Origin: an uncultured virus (IMG/VR IMGVR_UViG_2695420571_000019) | Lineage: Duplodnaviria > Heunggongvirae > Uroviricota > Caudoviricetes | Length of the DNA stretch: 64,000 bases | Direction: 5' to 3' (one strand) | Virus record (IMG/VR): IMGVR_UViG_2695420571_000019 | In this document: positions 46,265-57,122 of the stretch, in pieces | Position numbering within the stretch: the stretch's first letter is position 1 | How the letters are laid out: every line of letters starts with the position of its first letter | The notes under the pieces: generated by a model | Databases searched by the model: none | What the model was told of the DNA's origin: nothing | The model's input: the letters and a program-made list of their open reading frames with translations, nothing else | Program-made: the position numbers and the translations under genes

Positions 46265-46660
46265 GTGATAACACCGGAAGATGTCGCGTTTATGAAGCAT
46301 GCGCGAAAAGAGGTTATTCAGGGACGTACCCATGATGTTGTTTTATTTTACGAAGGAGAAGTCGTACGCGATCCGATAACAAACGAGCCCTTACCGCAAA
46401 AAGAACCGCCAAAACGAACTGTTCCCTCCGTAGTCACCGAAATAAGTTCGCAGGTTAAGATCGATAAGTATCTAGCGGACGGAATCGAAGTTCAATCCGG
46501 AGACATTTGGTTCTCGATTGCTATCGAACTGATCGAAGATATTTACGAGTCTCTTAAAAGCGTAATCTATGACGAAAAGACCTACGAGATATTATCCGTA
46601 GATAAAAAAGGAATCGGAGCTAGAAACCGCGCCGAGATCGTTGGGAGGCTGAGAAGATGA
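46265..46660 (+). CDS. head closure protein (putative)
   Basis: Position and size. Confidence 0.6.
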   Translation: MITPEDVAFMKHARKEVIQGRTHDVVLFYEGEVVRDPITNEPLPQKEPPKRTVPSVVTEISSQVKIDKYLADGIEVQSGDIWFSIAIELIEDIYESLKSVIYDEKTYEILSVDKKGIGARNRAEIVGRLRR

Positions 46661-47013
46661 GTCGATCCCAGGTACGTATTTCAGTCGAAGGCCTTAATCG
46701 AGTTGTGCGAGGACTTGACGCAACGCAATTCGTACAAGAAGTAGACGAAGTAACCGAGGCTCAAACGCTTTTGATGGCGAATGAATCTGCTGAAAGGGCT
46801 CCTGTGAAAACGGGGAAACTTCGAAACAGTATCGTCGCCAGTCCGGAAAAGATTGCACCGGCACTGTGGGAATATGGATCGGACGTAGATTATGCGAAGA
46901 TCCAAGAATATACGCACAAAACTCAAAGCGGATTTATTCGGGATGTTGTATGGAGCAATGAACGTGTCTATCGCGGGAAAATACTTCGCTTGGTACGAGG
47001 GTTAGGTCGATGA
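46657..47013 (+). CDS. HK97 gp10-like neck protein
   Basis: 'APVKTGKLRNSI...YAKIQEY'. Confidence 0.75.
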   Translation: MSRSQVRISVEGLNRVVRGLDATQFVQEVDEVTEAQTLLMANESAERAPVKTGKLRNSIVASPEKIAPALWEYGSDVDYAKIQEYTHKTQSGFIRDVVWSNERVYRGKILRLVRGLGR

Positions 47014-47438
47014 GGCAAATCGATGTTCAATATTCGATTATCCAACATCTCGCTAAGAAAACCGGATTTGAGGTCGTGTGGGTCTATGATGGCGTTGTAT
47101 TACCGGAGACTAAGCCGTTTATTACGGTCCAGCAGAGGCAAAACACTCCGACAGTTGTTTCGAAACAACGGGAATCTGTGCGAATGGTTTACCGATTTCA
47201 AATCGGACTTCACACAAACACCGCAACAGACCGAGCAACCGTACAGGAGCAGATTAAACGGATATTCCTATTTGATAAAATAGCGCTTATTAACGCAAAT
47301 GAACCGAGCCAAACGCTCGGTCTTTTTTATGTCAATTTAACGGCGGAGGTTCCATTGCCTGCGGAGGAAGTAGCAGATAAGACGCAGTATCATCGCGTTT
47401 ATTTTGACATCGAGATAGATACGACATTGAACGCATAA
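47010..47438 (+). CDS. tail terminator protein (putative)
   Basis: Directly before the major tail protein. Confidence 0.6.
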   Translation: MRQIDVQYSIIQHLAKKTGFEVVWVYDGVVLPETKPFITVQQRQNTPTVVSKQRESVRMVYRFQIGLHTNTATDRATVQEQIKRIFLFDKIALINANEPSQTLGLFYVNLTAEVPLPAEEVADKTQYHRVYFDIEIDTTLNA

Positions 47439-47455
47439 CAAAAGGGGGACTTAAT

Positions 47456-47941
47456 TTGGCGGTAGAATATCGCGGAGAAGAGATTTTATACGCAGCGGTA
47501 ATCGAAACGGATGCGGGCGAAAAGATGATCCGTCCGTTTAACCAAACGAGCGGAACAACTAGCATCGAAGCAGATTCGATCGACTTGGATACGAAAGATA
47601 AAACCGGAAGTGACTACGGAAAGGTAACGCAATCAGTCTCGCTTGAGGGCGTTATTACAGAAGGCGATCCGTTTATTAAGGCGATGAAAAAGAAAATCCG
47701 AAATAAAGAGTTCGTCAAAATTTACGAAATCGATACTCGGACTAAAGAGGCGGAAAGTGGTATGTATATGATTTCTTCGTTCGAACGCGAGTTTGGGAAC
47801 GGAGATTTCGCAACATACTCACTCGAAGGCTCATTGAACGGGGACGTCACGGAGGAAACTCTAACGGAAATTCCGGCAGGAGCACCGTCTTCATCAGCGC
47901 CAGCTAGCGGAGATACAGGCACAGGAACGACTACACCTTAA
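47456..47941 (+). CDS. major tail protein (TP901-1-like)
   Basis: 'QTSGTTSIEADSIDLDTKD'; followed by a terminator at 47941-47970. Confidence 0.8.
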   Translation: MAVEYRGEEILYAAVIETDAGEKMIRPFNQTSGTTSIEADSIDLDTKDKTGSDYGKVTQSVSLEGVITEGDPFIKAMKKKIRNKEFVKIYEIDTRTKEAESGMYMISSFEREFGNGDFATYSLEGSLNGDVTEETLTEIPAGAPSSSAPASGDTGTGTTTP

Positions 47942-48003
47942 GGCATCGCTTAATCGCGGTGTCTTTTTTACTTAACGAATAAAAACGAGAAGGAGACGAT
48001 TAT

Positions 48004-48369
48004 ATGGCACGTTTTGAAATCGAAGGAGAAGAGTACGAATTAAAGTTAACGTTTAAGAGTGTTAAACACCTTGATGGTTTATACAAAGGCGGCTCATTCG
48101 AATTAATCGGTAAAGCACTTGTCGGTGATTTGGAGACGTTTGTAAACGTAGTACATGCGGGGCTTTTTCACACCGGTAAGAATATTTCAATTTCTAAGGT
48201 TAGGACAGCTATCGAAGAAGGAGTCGAGAAAGAAGATCTCGATATGGATACGATTCTTAAAATCACGAACGAGGTTGTATCGAACAGTTTTTTCTACAAG
48301 AAAACAGCGGAAAAGCTTCTGAAGAAAGATCCGAAAGCGGCGGAAATGCTGGCGGGGATTTTGGAATAG
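48004..48369 (+). CDS. tail assembly chaperone (gpG-like)
   Basis: Between major tail and tape measure genes. Confidence 0.8.
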   Translation: MARFEIEGEEYELKLTFKSVKHLDGLYKGGSFELIGKALVGDLETFVNVVHAGLFHTGKNISISKVRTAIEEGVEKEDLDMDTILKITNEVVSNSFFYKKTAEKLLKKDPKAAEMLAGILE

Positions 48370-48671
48370 ATCAAGTACTGCGCGATGCCTGGCGGTACTT
48401 ATCGTTAAAGCCTGACGAAGTTTACGCACTGACACCGCGGGAGTACTACCTCTTAATCCAAGCGCAGCAAGACAAGAAGTTCGATCAATATGACGACTTA
48501 GCTTCACTCGCGATGATGATCGGAAAAGTTCGTTCAGCTAAGAAAAGCATTAAGCAATCCGATTTATTCAAGCGACCTAAAACAGCGGATGATGAGGCCA
48601 ATATCCCGCAAGAAGTTATTGCAAAGCAGCAGCAGGCCTCCGAATGGCTATCGCAATTTGACATCAAATAA
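48357..48671 (+). CDS. tail chaperone C-terminal extension (gpT-like), likely made by -1 frameshift
   Basis: Open -1 frame DFGIDQVLRDAWRYLSLKPDEVYALTPREY...FDIK* without its own SD/start. Confidence 0.65.
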   Translation, partial: DFGIDQVLRDAWRYLSLKPDEVYALTPREYYLLIQAQQDKKFDQYDDLASLAMMIGKVRSAKKSIKQSDLFKRPKTADDEANIPQEVIAKQQQASEWLSQFDIK

Positions 48672-48686
48672 GGAAGGAGGGTCTAT

Positions 48687-51600
48687 ATGGCGGATCAATC
48701 GATTATCGTCCGGATTGGCGCCGATATTTCCAACCTAACTACGGAATTGCAACGATCGCAGAGCTCGCCTAGAGACTTCGGTTCGCAGCTTCAGAGTATG
48801 GGCCAATCTATTGCGTTAGGATTCGGAGCAGTCGCGGCGGGTGTAGGCGCTGGGTTAGGATCTGCGGTTAATAAAGCGATGGACTTCGAGGCGCAAATGT
48901 CTAACGTTAAGGCGGTATCTGGCGCAACCGGCGATACGATGGAAAAACTTACGGATTTAGCAATCGATATGGGCGCGAAGACGAAATTCAGTTCGTTAGA
49001 AGCCGGTCAGGGAATCGAGGAACTTATTAAAGCTGGCGTTTCGTTAGAGGACATCATGGGCGGCGGTCTAGCGGGTGCGCTCGACTTAGCGGTTGCCGGC
49101 GAATTAGATCTCGGAGAGGCGGCTGAAATCGCTTCGACTGCGCTAAACGCTTTTAAGAAAGACGGCCTTTCAGTTACGCAGGCTGCGAATATGCTGGCAG
49201 GCGCGGCTAACGCATCAGCGACGGACGTTCACGAATTAAAGTACGGCCTATCTATGGTATCGGCGGTTGCTTCAGGCGTCGGGTTGTCGTTCAAAGATAC
49301 GTCTACAGCACTCGCTATATTCGCGCAAAACGGACTTAAAGGTTCGGATGCCGGTACGTCACTTAAGACGATGCTATTGAATTTAACGCCGAGCTCAAAC
49401 GAAGCTTTCGAAACAATGAAAGAGCTCGGATTGGCTACGGACGACGGCGCTAATGCGTTCTATGACGCTGAAGGTAACGTTAAGTCGTTCGCAGAAATAT
49501 CGCAAGTTCTTCAGGACAAACTTAAAGGGCTTACGTCGCAACAACAACAGGCTGCGCTAAAAACGATGTTTGGTACTGACGCTATCCGGGCTGCAAACAT
49601 CATGATGAAAGAGGGCGCAAAAGGCGCCGAGGAAATGTGGAAGGAAATGTCTAAGGTCACTGCGGCAGAAGTTGCGGCGGAGAAGATGAACAACCTTAGA
49701 GGCCAGATCGAGGAGCTCAGCGGAGCCTTTGAAACGGCACAAATCTCCGTTGGTAATGCGTTACTGCCAGCACTGTCTAAGCTCGTTGGTATTGTGCAGT
49801 CGATAGTCGATGGGTTTAATAAACTCTCACCAGGGATGCAGAAATTTGTAGCGTATGCCGGAGCGGCAATCGCGGTTATCGCTCTTTTTGGTACAGGATT
49901 GGGCGCTGTTTTAATATTTATAGGTGCAGTAGTGTCCGCCGTCGGAACATTGGTAGCGGCCTTTGGCGGGGTTGCAGCGGCGTTGGGCGTTACAAGTTCG
50001 ACGCTTCTTCTTATCATCGCTCATGTAGGTCTCTTAGTAGGAGCCATCGTAGCGGCGGTCGCAGCCATCGCGTTATTAATTAAAAACAACGAAGCCATCC
50101 GTACTAAGCTCGAAGCCTTGGCGAACACGATCGGCGCAAAGCTCGCTCCAGCCATTGCGACATTGAAAACGCTCTTCAGCGGACTAGCAACGGTTCTAAC
50201 GGGCGACTTCGCTAGCGGTGCCGATAAGTTGCGTCAGATTCTTCCGGAACCAGTCGTCCAGCTAATCATCGCCGGCGCTACGGCCGTACAGAACGCGATT
50301 ACGAATTTGATAAGCGCCGTCAACAAAGCGTTTCAGGGCGACTTCAGTTCCATCGCGCAGTACATTCCGACAATCGTAGGTATGCTGGTTGGAGGACTTC
50401 CCGGCCTAATTATTGCAGGAACACGATTCTTGCCGGCAATCGAGCAAGGCCTACAGACGTACCTGCCGACGTTCCTCAACGGATTTGTTAATCTCGTAAC
50501 TTCTGTCGTAAACGCGATTACTACGAATCTACCGATGCTTGCGCAGGCTGGCGTTCAAATCATAACGGGCCTTCTAACGGGATTTACGCAGGCGCTTCCG
50601 AATATTCTAACGGCGATTACGCAGGTCATAACGACGCTGATCCAATCGATCACGACGCTTTTGCCGATGATTCTTGGCGCTGGAATTTTAATCATCACGT
50701 CGCTGATTCAAGGAATTGTTTCGGCACTACCGGCAATCATTACGGCGGCAACGCAATTACTGACGATGTTGATTAATACGATTGTTACGTTATTGCCGAT
50801 GATCATTGAGGCCGGCATCCAGATTTTGAACGCGCTGATTAACGGAATTATCCAGGTTCTTCCGCAATTAATCGAGGCGGCGCTGCAGCTTATTATGGCG
50901 CTCATTGATGCGCTTGTGACGAATCTACCGTTAATACTCGAAGCCGGCATTCAGATTCTTACGGCTTTGGTCGACGGAATTATTACGATGCTTCCGCAAC
51001 TCATTGAAATGGCGCTTTTCTTAATCGTCAGCTTGGTCCAAGCGCTGATCGATAATTTACCGAAAATCATTGACGCGGGCGTCCGTTTAATTATTGCGCT
51101 CGTAAATGGATTGATTAAGGCACTTCCGCAATTAGTTTCGGCAGCAATTACGTTACTTACGCGATTAGTCGATACGATCATCCGATTTATGCCGCAGCTA
51201 ATCGATCTTGGAATCAAGTTATTAGTCGCGCTCGTAAACGGTTTGATCCAAGCCGCGCCTAAGCTCCTGCAGATGGGCGTAAAAATCGTTACTGATTTGG
51301 CAGGCGCAATCGGCGATAACGTGAGTAAAGTGTTCGACGCCGGGGTTGATTTGATTAAGGGTTTATGGAACGGAATCAACTCCGTAAAGGACTGGATTCT
51401 CGGAAAACTTGGCGACTTTGCCGACAGCGTTACGAGCGGAATCAAAAAATTCTTCGGCATTCACTCGCCTTCTCGCGTATTCCGTGACGAAGTCGGTAAG
51501 TTCTTACCGTTAGGTTTAGCGGTCGGTATCGAACGTAATATCGGAGCGGTTCAGTCGGCAGCAGACGCAATGGCAAACGCTGCCATGATTGACGCACAGG

Positions 51601-51818
51601 ATTACGCGTACAATCCGTCGATGGCGCTGAAAGGTGGCAAGATGGCGAAGGTCAAACACGCCTTCGAAGCTTCAGTTGCGGAGCCGAACGTCGGACAGCC
51701 GATGCACATCGAGCTTGTAACCGTAATGGATAGCGAAGAGATCGGGCGACGCACCGAGCGTGTTGTGAGTGCGGAACAAGGGCGGAAAATTTCGATTAAA
51801 AATCTGATGCAGGGGTGA
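48687..51818 (+). CDS. tail tape measure protein
   Basis: 1043 aa, TP901-type core 'AMDFEAQMSNVKAVSGA', periodic amphipathic repeats, 'GIHSPSRVF'. Confidence 0.92.
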   Translation: MADQSIIVRIGADISNLTTELQRSQSSPRDFGSQLQSMGQSIALGFGAVAAGVGAGLGSAVNKAMDFEAQMSNVKAVSGATGDTMEKLTDLAIDMGAKTKFSSLEAGQGIEELIKAGVSLEDIMGGGLAGALDLAVAGELDLGEAAEIASTALNAFKKDGLSVTQAANMLAGAANASATDVHELKYGLSMVSAVASGVGLSFKDTSTALAIFAQNGLKGSDAGTSLKTMLLNLTPSSNEAFETMKELGLATDDGANAFYDAEGNVKSFAEISQVLQDKLKGLTSQQQQAALKTMFGTDAIRAANIMMKEGAKGAEEMWKEMSKVTAAEVAAEKMNNLRGQIEELSGAFETAQISVGNALLPALSKLVGIVQSIVDGFNKLSPGMQKFVAYAGAAIAVIALFGTGLGAVLIFIGAVVSAVGTLVAAFGGVAAALGVTSSTLLLIIAHVGLLVGAIVAAVAAIALLIKNNEAIRTKLEALANTIGAKLAPAIATLKTLFSGLATVLTGDFASGADKLRQILPEPVVQLIIAGATAVQNAITNLISAVNKAFQGDFSSIAQYIPTIVGMLVGGLPGLIIAGTRFLPAIEQGLQTYLPTFLNGFVNLVTSVVNAITTNLPMLAQAGVQIITGLLTGFTQALPNILTAITQVITTLIQSITTLLPMILGAGILIITSLIQGIVSALPAIITAATQLLTMLINTIVTLLPMIIEAGIQILNALINGIIQVLPQLIEAALQLIMALIDALVTNLPLILEAGIQILTALVDGIITMLPQLIEMALFLIVSLVQALIDNLPKIIDAGVRLIIALVNGLIKALPQLVSAAITLLTRLVDTIIRFMPQLIDLGIKLLVALVNGLIQAAPKLLQMGVKIVTDLAGAIGDNVSKVFDAGVDLIKGLWNGINSVKDWILGKLGDFADSVTSGIKKFFGIHSPSRVFRDEVGKFLPLGLAVGIERNIGAVQSAADAMANAAMIDAQDYAYNPSMALKGGKMAKVKHAFEASVAEPNVGQPMHIELVTVMDSEEIGRRTERVVSAEQGRKISIKNLMQG

Positions 51819-52642
51819 TGGAGCGGTTGTTAAATCTGACTATAACGAAACTCAACGGAACTACTTACGATTTAGAAGCGTTAGGAATAACACTCAAAGA
51901 ATTTAAGCCGCGTTCTCCATCGCCTATCCACTCTTCGGAAAGTATTGAAGGCGCGCAAGGCGAAGTAGATTTAGGAACAGTTTATGGTCCGCGCATCATC
52001 GACTGTTCCTTTTATATGAAAGCGGCGGATCTAACCGATTATCATCTTATGCGCGATGAGGTTTTCGCTCTATTCGATTCGCGACAAGCTTTTTATATTA
52101 CTGACGGATATAATCCAGGCAAGCGTTGGTTTGTAAAAACGAATCAAGAGTATTCTATCGATCAGAACCGGATATACGGATTTTTTGACATCTCATTCGT
52201 ATCGTTTAAGCCGTTTTCTGAATCGATCGGAACTACGTTAAGCCCGTTCACCTTCGATTCTGATCTCTGGCAAATTGGCGAAGGCTTAACCGATGAAGAT
52301 TACAAGTATTCGTTCAAAACTAATACTTTCCGAATCTTTAACGCAGGTACTGAAGAAATAGATCCGAGAGAGTTGCCGTTGATTATTACGTATAAAGGGG
52401 CTTCCAATAAATTAACGATCACAAATAAAACGATGGGAGACGTGTTTACGTACAACGGAACGACTAGCGCCACGGACGTTCTTTCTTTAAATAGGGTTAA
52501 AGTTACAAAGAATAACGTCAGTGTTTTCGGACAAACAAACCGGAAAGTAATTCGATTAGCCCCCGGATGGAATGACTTTAATATGACAGGAACAAGCGGA
52601 AGCTTCGAAATAAAGTTTGACTTCCGTTTTTATTATTTATAA
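51815..52642 (+). CDS. distal tail protein (Dit)
   Basis: Follows the tape measure gene; 'LAPGWN' C-terminal motif. Confidence 0.8.
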   Translation: MMERLLNLTITKLNGTTYDLEALGITLKEFKPRSPSPIHSSESIEGAQGEVDLGTVYGPRIIDCSFYMKAADLTDYHLMRDEVFALFDSRQAFYITDGYNPGKRWFVKTNQEYSIDQNRIYGFFDISFVSFKPFSESIGTTLSPFTFDSDLWQIGEGLTDEDYKYSFKTNTFRIFNAGTEEIDPRELPLIITYKGASNKLTITNKTMGDVFTYNGTTSATDVLSLNRVKVTKNNVSVFGQTNRKVIRLAPGWNDFNMTGTSGSFEIKFDFRFYYL

Positions 52643-52654
52643 GGGAGGCCCGGT

Positions 52655-54532
52655 ATGAGTAGCGCCAGCTTTATTAAGGAAATCGCCCCGGATGCGCAGA
52701 AGATTTTCGTTAAATATAAAATACTTGCGAGCCTCATTATTGCGCAGGGTTGCCTTGAAAGTGCCTACGGAACTAGCGGCCTCGCAGTCAACGGAAAAAA
52801 CCTTTTCGGCGTAAAGGGCGAGTATAACGGTCAGTACGTAATTATGAAGACGTGGGAAGTTATCGACGGTAGAAGCGTACAAGTGGACGCAAAGTTTCGG
52901 AAGTACCCTTCGTGGTATGAGTCGATGCAGGACCTCGCTAAGCTTTACGTTAACGGAACGAGCTGGGACCCGAACCACTATAAAGCCGTCGTTGGTGAGA
53001 CCGACTATAAAAAAGCCACAGCCGCATTAGTAAAAGCCGGTTACGCAACCGATCCATCGTACGCGACTAAGCTAAACAGCATTATATCAACGTATAAACT
53101 AACGCAGTATGATACGGCCTCTAGTGATATTAGTCCGGTAATTCCTGCGACTCCAACAACGGTACCTTACGAAGACGAAGTGAGCACGGATCTGTTCGTA
53201 CATTCTCTTACGGGCGCGGTTGAATTGCTCGCGGGATTTAGTGTAACTCGAAACAGCGGCATAAACAACGAAAAAACGATAAGCGTTTCGGGTGTAAGAA
53301 CTGACGTAAACGAACATGCGGTTGCTTTAATTAAGAACGACAATATATTCGAATACAAATCGGAACTTTACGTTATAAAGAAGCTTAATACTAAGCCCAT
53401 CGGTGAATCTATTAAAATCGAAGCTACTGCGGTTCATAAGATGTTTATAGATTTGCGCGATAACTATATTTACGATACACAAAAAGGCGAAAAGGCATAC
53501 CGCCCAGAGACTGCGTTAGAGATCGCATTATCCGGTACACCTTACGCCTATAGTGTTGATACGACCGGACTTCCGACATCGGTAACTATCGAGAATTTCG
53601 GCGATGCTAATTCGCTCTCACTGCTGGAGGATATCGTGGAGAAATTCGGAGCAGAATTCGAATGTGTGCAAAACGTGATATTTGTCGCCAAAGAAATCGC
53701 ACGCGTTACCGATAATCAAATCCGGTATAAATTTAACGTTCAAGATCCGCAACAGGAAATTGATACGAGCGACATAAAAACCTATATCCGAGGTTTCGGT
53801 AAGGGGATAGAAGCGGAGTACACGAGTCCACTAGCGTCGGTTCTCGGAATAAGGCACGCTGATCCGGTACGAGATGATCGTTACACTATTAAAGCGGATC
53901 TACTTGAGCGGATAAAAAGCGAATTATACGATCGCATCGATATCTCTATTACGTTAACTTACGTCGAGCTCCTCGATATGGGCATTCAGGACATCCGCAA
54001 AGGTGACTACGTTTGGTGCATTCTCGATCCTTTCGGCATAGACGTTCAGCTTCGCGTGACCGAAAAAGAGGATTATTCGGACCCGAGTAAGTCTCCGAAA
54101 TATACGCTCGGAACGCTCACGAAAAGCTCAACCGACATTGTTTCCGAGTTTAACCGAACTAAAAAGGTCATCGGAAAGGTTATCGATGGTACCACTGGAA
54201 AGATAAAAAGCAGCGCTGTTACGATCGGTCAATTTACGCAATTCGAGACCGGATATGATCCGTCTCAGATACCACGATATTCGCTCGCAAGCGCAACGAC
54301 TGACGGATTAATGAGTTCGGCGGACTTTACGAAATTAGCTAGTATCGTTTTAGGTCCAGACGGCCAGGTATCTATCGCGCTAGCTTCTGAAACAAATAAC
54401 GGCCTTATGAGCGCAGCAGACTTTACGAAATTAAAGCACATAAAGGTCGGTACCGAAACCGTTGATATCTCTACTTTACCGCAGCAACTGGAATCCATAA
54501 ACCAACGGCTAACAGCGCTAGAAAATAAATAA
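52655..54532 (+). CDS. tail-associated lysin (Tal): glucosaminidase plus tail endopeptidase-like domain
   Basis: 'AQGCLESAYG', 'NLFGVKG', 'GYATDPSY'; C-terminal GLMS.ADFTKL repeats. Confidence 0.85.
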   Translation: MSSASFIKEIAPDAQKIFVKYKILASLIIAQGCLESAYGTSGLAVNGKNLFGVKGEYNGQYVIMKTWEVIDGRSVQVDAKFRKYPSWYESMQDLAKLYVNGTSWDPNHYKAVVGETDYKKATAALVKAGYATDPSYATKLNSIISTYKLTQYDTASSDISPVIPATPTTVPYEDEVSTDLFVHSLTGAVELLAGFSVTRNSGINNEKTISVSGVRTDVNEHAVALIKNDNIFEYKSELYVIKKLNTKPIGESIKIEATAVHKMFIDLRDNYIYDTQKGEKAYRPETALEIALSGTPYAYSVDTTGLPTSVTIENFGDANSLSLLEDIVEKFGAEFECVQNVIFVAKEIARVTDNQIRYKFNVQDPQQEIDTSDIKTYIRGFGKGIEAEYTSPLASVLGIRHADPVRDDRYTIKADLLERIKSELYDRIDISITLTYVELLDMGIQDIRKGDYVWCILDPFGIDVQLRVTEKEDYSDPSKSPKYTLGTLTKSSTDIVSEFNRTKKVIGKVIDGTTGKIKSSAVTIGQFTQFETGYDPSQIPRYSLASATTDGLMSSADFTKLASIVLGPDGQVSIALASETNNGLMSAADFTKLKHIKVGTETVDISTLPQQLESINQRLTALENK

Positions 54533-54546
54533 CGAGGAGGAATAGA

Positions 54547-57111
54547 ATGCCGAAATATCCGTACAGAAAAGCGGGATCGGGATGGGATCGTGTTTTTCGT
54601 AATAACCACAACCAAAACCTCGATGATATTGCGGATGACATTAAAGGATCATACAACGAGATTACCACACATAAGAACGCAGAAACCGCCCACACGTCGG
54701 ATCAAATCGACCATGGCGGTTTTTCTTTGCGCACATACGTGGACAGTCTTTATAACCGCATGAAAAACCTGATTCTTAACGCGGACGGTACCAACGTAAA
54801 AGAGGTCGTAGATTCGCGCGTAGGAACTGACGGTGAAGTATTTCCGTTACTAAAAGAACGGCTTGATCGCGAATACCTTAAGCTTCTACAGAAGATCAAA
54901 CGGACGGTTAACGTTGATGATTTCGGAGCAGATCCGACCGGCGTTAACGATAGTACAGAAGCGTTTCAGAGGGCGATTGGTACAGGTAAAGTCCGTGTTA
55001 ATTTATCTGCGGGCACATATATCGTAAAGGGCGTTAAACTGCCGTCGTGGACTTATATGGTCGGCCAAGGTATCGGAGTTACAACGTTGAAGCTCCACGA
55101 AGACACGCCGGCTAGCGAATGGGTGGTCACTAACGCGGACCATGACGGCGGTAACCGAAATATCACCGTCGAAGGCATGACGCTAGATTGGAATCCGGAA
55201 CGTCAAGGTGGCCTTGGAGCAACGGGCGGTTTACATTCGAGCGGCCTGACACTCGCGCAAGTTAAGTTCGGTATCGTACGCGAAGTGGAAAGTATTAATC
55301 CGGGGCTTCATAGCTTTGATGCTTCAGCGCCAACTTACGATATCAGCGCAACGGATTATACGCAACAAGGTTGCCGATATATTTGGTTCGATCGCTGCGT
55401 CGGCTCTGGATACGGGGATGACGGGATCTCTACGCATTATAGCGAGTACATTTTTATCACGAATTGCGTTATGACGAATCCGAGAGGAACTGCGCACGAA
55501 GACGGAAGAGCTAACTCGAACGGTATCGAAATTGATGACGGTTCTAAAAACGTATGGGTAATCGACTGTTATACCGAAGGGAACGTAAGAGGCGTAGAAG
55601 TAAAAGCGCACGCGGCTTGGCCGGCTTCCCAAAACGTACACATACGCGGACATGAATCTTACCGTGATATTAGGGCGTACGACTTGCGCCACATCGGTCA
55701 TCACTTAGCGAGCGAACCGTGGAGTGAGACGGCGCGAGACGTTACTTTGATCGACTGTACAGCGCGAGAGCCGATTTATAACGATCTATACGCCGGTCTT
55801 GCTCCAAAGGCGCTCGTTATTTCGGCGTACCAACGGGTCCTCGTTTCAGATTTCCGAGCTATTGGCGATCCTACCTACGATTATAAAGGTACGGACATTA
55901 TCGCGTTTCAGTATAAGAGCCGGAAGATAAATGTCAACGGCTTGCAGATGTACGGATTCGCGACAGCAGGGTCAGACGTTCATATTTACGGCGGAGATCA
56001 GCGAACAGATGACGTTTATATATCTAACTTTACGATCCATGATTCGGCGCCTGTAGGTATCGGGATCGGAGGCGGCGTCTATTACGTTACGTTGAGCAAC
56101 GGTATTGTTCACACTAGAGGCGGAACAGCCGGGATCACTTCTCCGAACAACCAGGCCACTATTATTGCGGTTCGTGCGGTGGGTTACACAGACGCAGCAG
56201 TATTAGCCGGACAAAAGTACAAGGTGGTTCCAAACAACCTGAAAGGCGGCTTTAGAGCGGCGGCTTCCTCCGGTTCTCCTCTAACGGACACAAGCGCTAT
56301 CATCGCTGGCTCAGGGACGATTATCGCGAAAGGTGAACGGAATTTCATTGCTGGCGTAGCGGGCGGCGCGACAACGGAAGGTTCGCGGAATGGTGTTTTG
56401 TATTCGTGGAATTCGCATACGAAAGGTGAGAGCGGTTCCTCGGCAGTAATTGCGTCTAAAAACGTAGTAAACACGAAAGAATACACCGTTGCTTTGGGAC
56501 ATGGCGATGGCGACCCGTCGGAAGCGAATAAGAAAATCGAGATTGACGCGATGGGTGGACGAGTTCGAGCTACGGGCGCAATCGAAAGTGCTTCGAATCT
56601 ACAAGACTTCGGAGAATACTTCGAATCAATCGACGGACAAAAAATCGATGCTTCGTATCTCGTAACGTTGGAAGGCGATAAGATTCGTAAAGCTAATGCG
56701 GGCGATAAAATTCTCGGCGTCGTATCAAAAACGGCCGGTCTGGTTCTCGGTGGGGCTGCGTTTTACTGGAACGACCGTTATTTGCGCGATGAATTCGGCG
56801 AACTTATTTATCGTGAAATTTACGAAGATGGCCGCCTCGTTACAGTTCCTGCGGAGAATCCGGACTATGATCCGACGGTTGAGTATACACCGCGAGAGGG
56901 AAGGGACGAGTGGCACGTTATCGGCCTTATCGGTCAGGTACTCGTTCGTATCGACTCTACTGTCGCAGTAGGCGACAGCGTAACTGCTATCGACGGAATC
57001 GCAACAAAGGCGGAATCGGACGGCTATGGAACGGTCATGAAAATAAAAACGCCTTATGACGCAGAAAAAGGCTATGGCGTAGCGCAAATGATCGTTACGC
57101 CGCAGCACTAG
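54547..57111 (+). CDS. beta-helix tailspike / pre-neck appendage with peptidase G2-like chaperone domain
   Basis: 'NVDDFGADPTGVNDST' pectate-lyase-like start; 'DFGEYFES' autocleavage motif. Confidence 0.85.
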   Translation: MPKYPYRKAGSGWDRVFRNNHNQNLDDIADDIKGSYNEITTHKNAETAHTSDQIDHGGFSLRTYVDSLYNRMKNLILNADGTNVKEVVDSRVGTDGEVFPLLKERLDREYLKLLQKIKRTVNVDDFGADPTGVNDSTEAFQRAIGTGKVRVNLSAGTYIVKGVKLPSWTYMVGQGIGVTTLKLHEDTPASEWVVTNADHDGGNRNITVEGMTLDWNPERQGGLGATGGLHSSGLTLAQVKFGIVREVESINPGLHSFDASAPTYDISATDYTQQGCRYIWFDRCVGSGYGDDGISTHYSEYIFITNCVMTNPRGTAHEDGRANSNGIEIDDGSKNVWVIDCYTEGNVRGVEVKAHAAWPASQNVHIRGHESYRDIRAYDLRHIGHHLASEPWSETARDVTLIDCTAREPIYNDLYAGLAPKALVISAYQRVLVSDFRAIGDPTYDYKGTDIIAFQYKSRKINVNGLQMYGFATAGSDVHIYGGDQRTDDVYISNFTIHDSAPVGIGIGGGVYYVTLSNGIVHTRGGTAGITSPNNQATIIAVRAVGYTDAAVLAGQKYKVVPNNLKGGFRAAASSGSPLTDTSAIIAGSGTIIAKGERNFIAGVAGGATTEGSRNGVLYSWNSHTKGESGSSAVIASKNVVNTKEYTVALGHGDGDPSEANKKIEIDAMGGRVRATGAIESASNLQDFGEYFESIDGQKIDASYLVTLEGDKIRKANAGDKILGVVSKTAGLVLGGAAFYWNDRYLRDEFGELIYREIYEDGRLVTVPAENPDYDPTVEYTPREGRDEWHVIGLIGQVLVRIDSTVAVGDSVTAIDGIATKAESDGYGTVMKIKTPYDAEKGYGVAQMIVTPQH

Positions 57112-57122
57112 GAGGTTCGATA

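Noticed and set aside
47933..47941. Major tail protein ends CCT TAA, resembling the SPP1 CCC TAA +1 frameshift
   Set aside because: It is followed at once by a terminator hairpin and the chaperone gene, leaving no room for an extension domain.
50400..51300. Periodic repeats in the tape measure gene
   Set aside because: They are ordinary amphipathic tape measure protein repeats.
49511..51460. Long antisense ORFs within the tape measure gene, and similar ones in helicase, polymerase and FtsK
   Set aside because: These are shadow frames of codon-biased genes with no recognisable domains.
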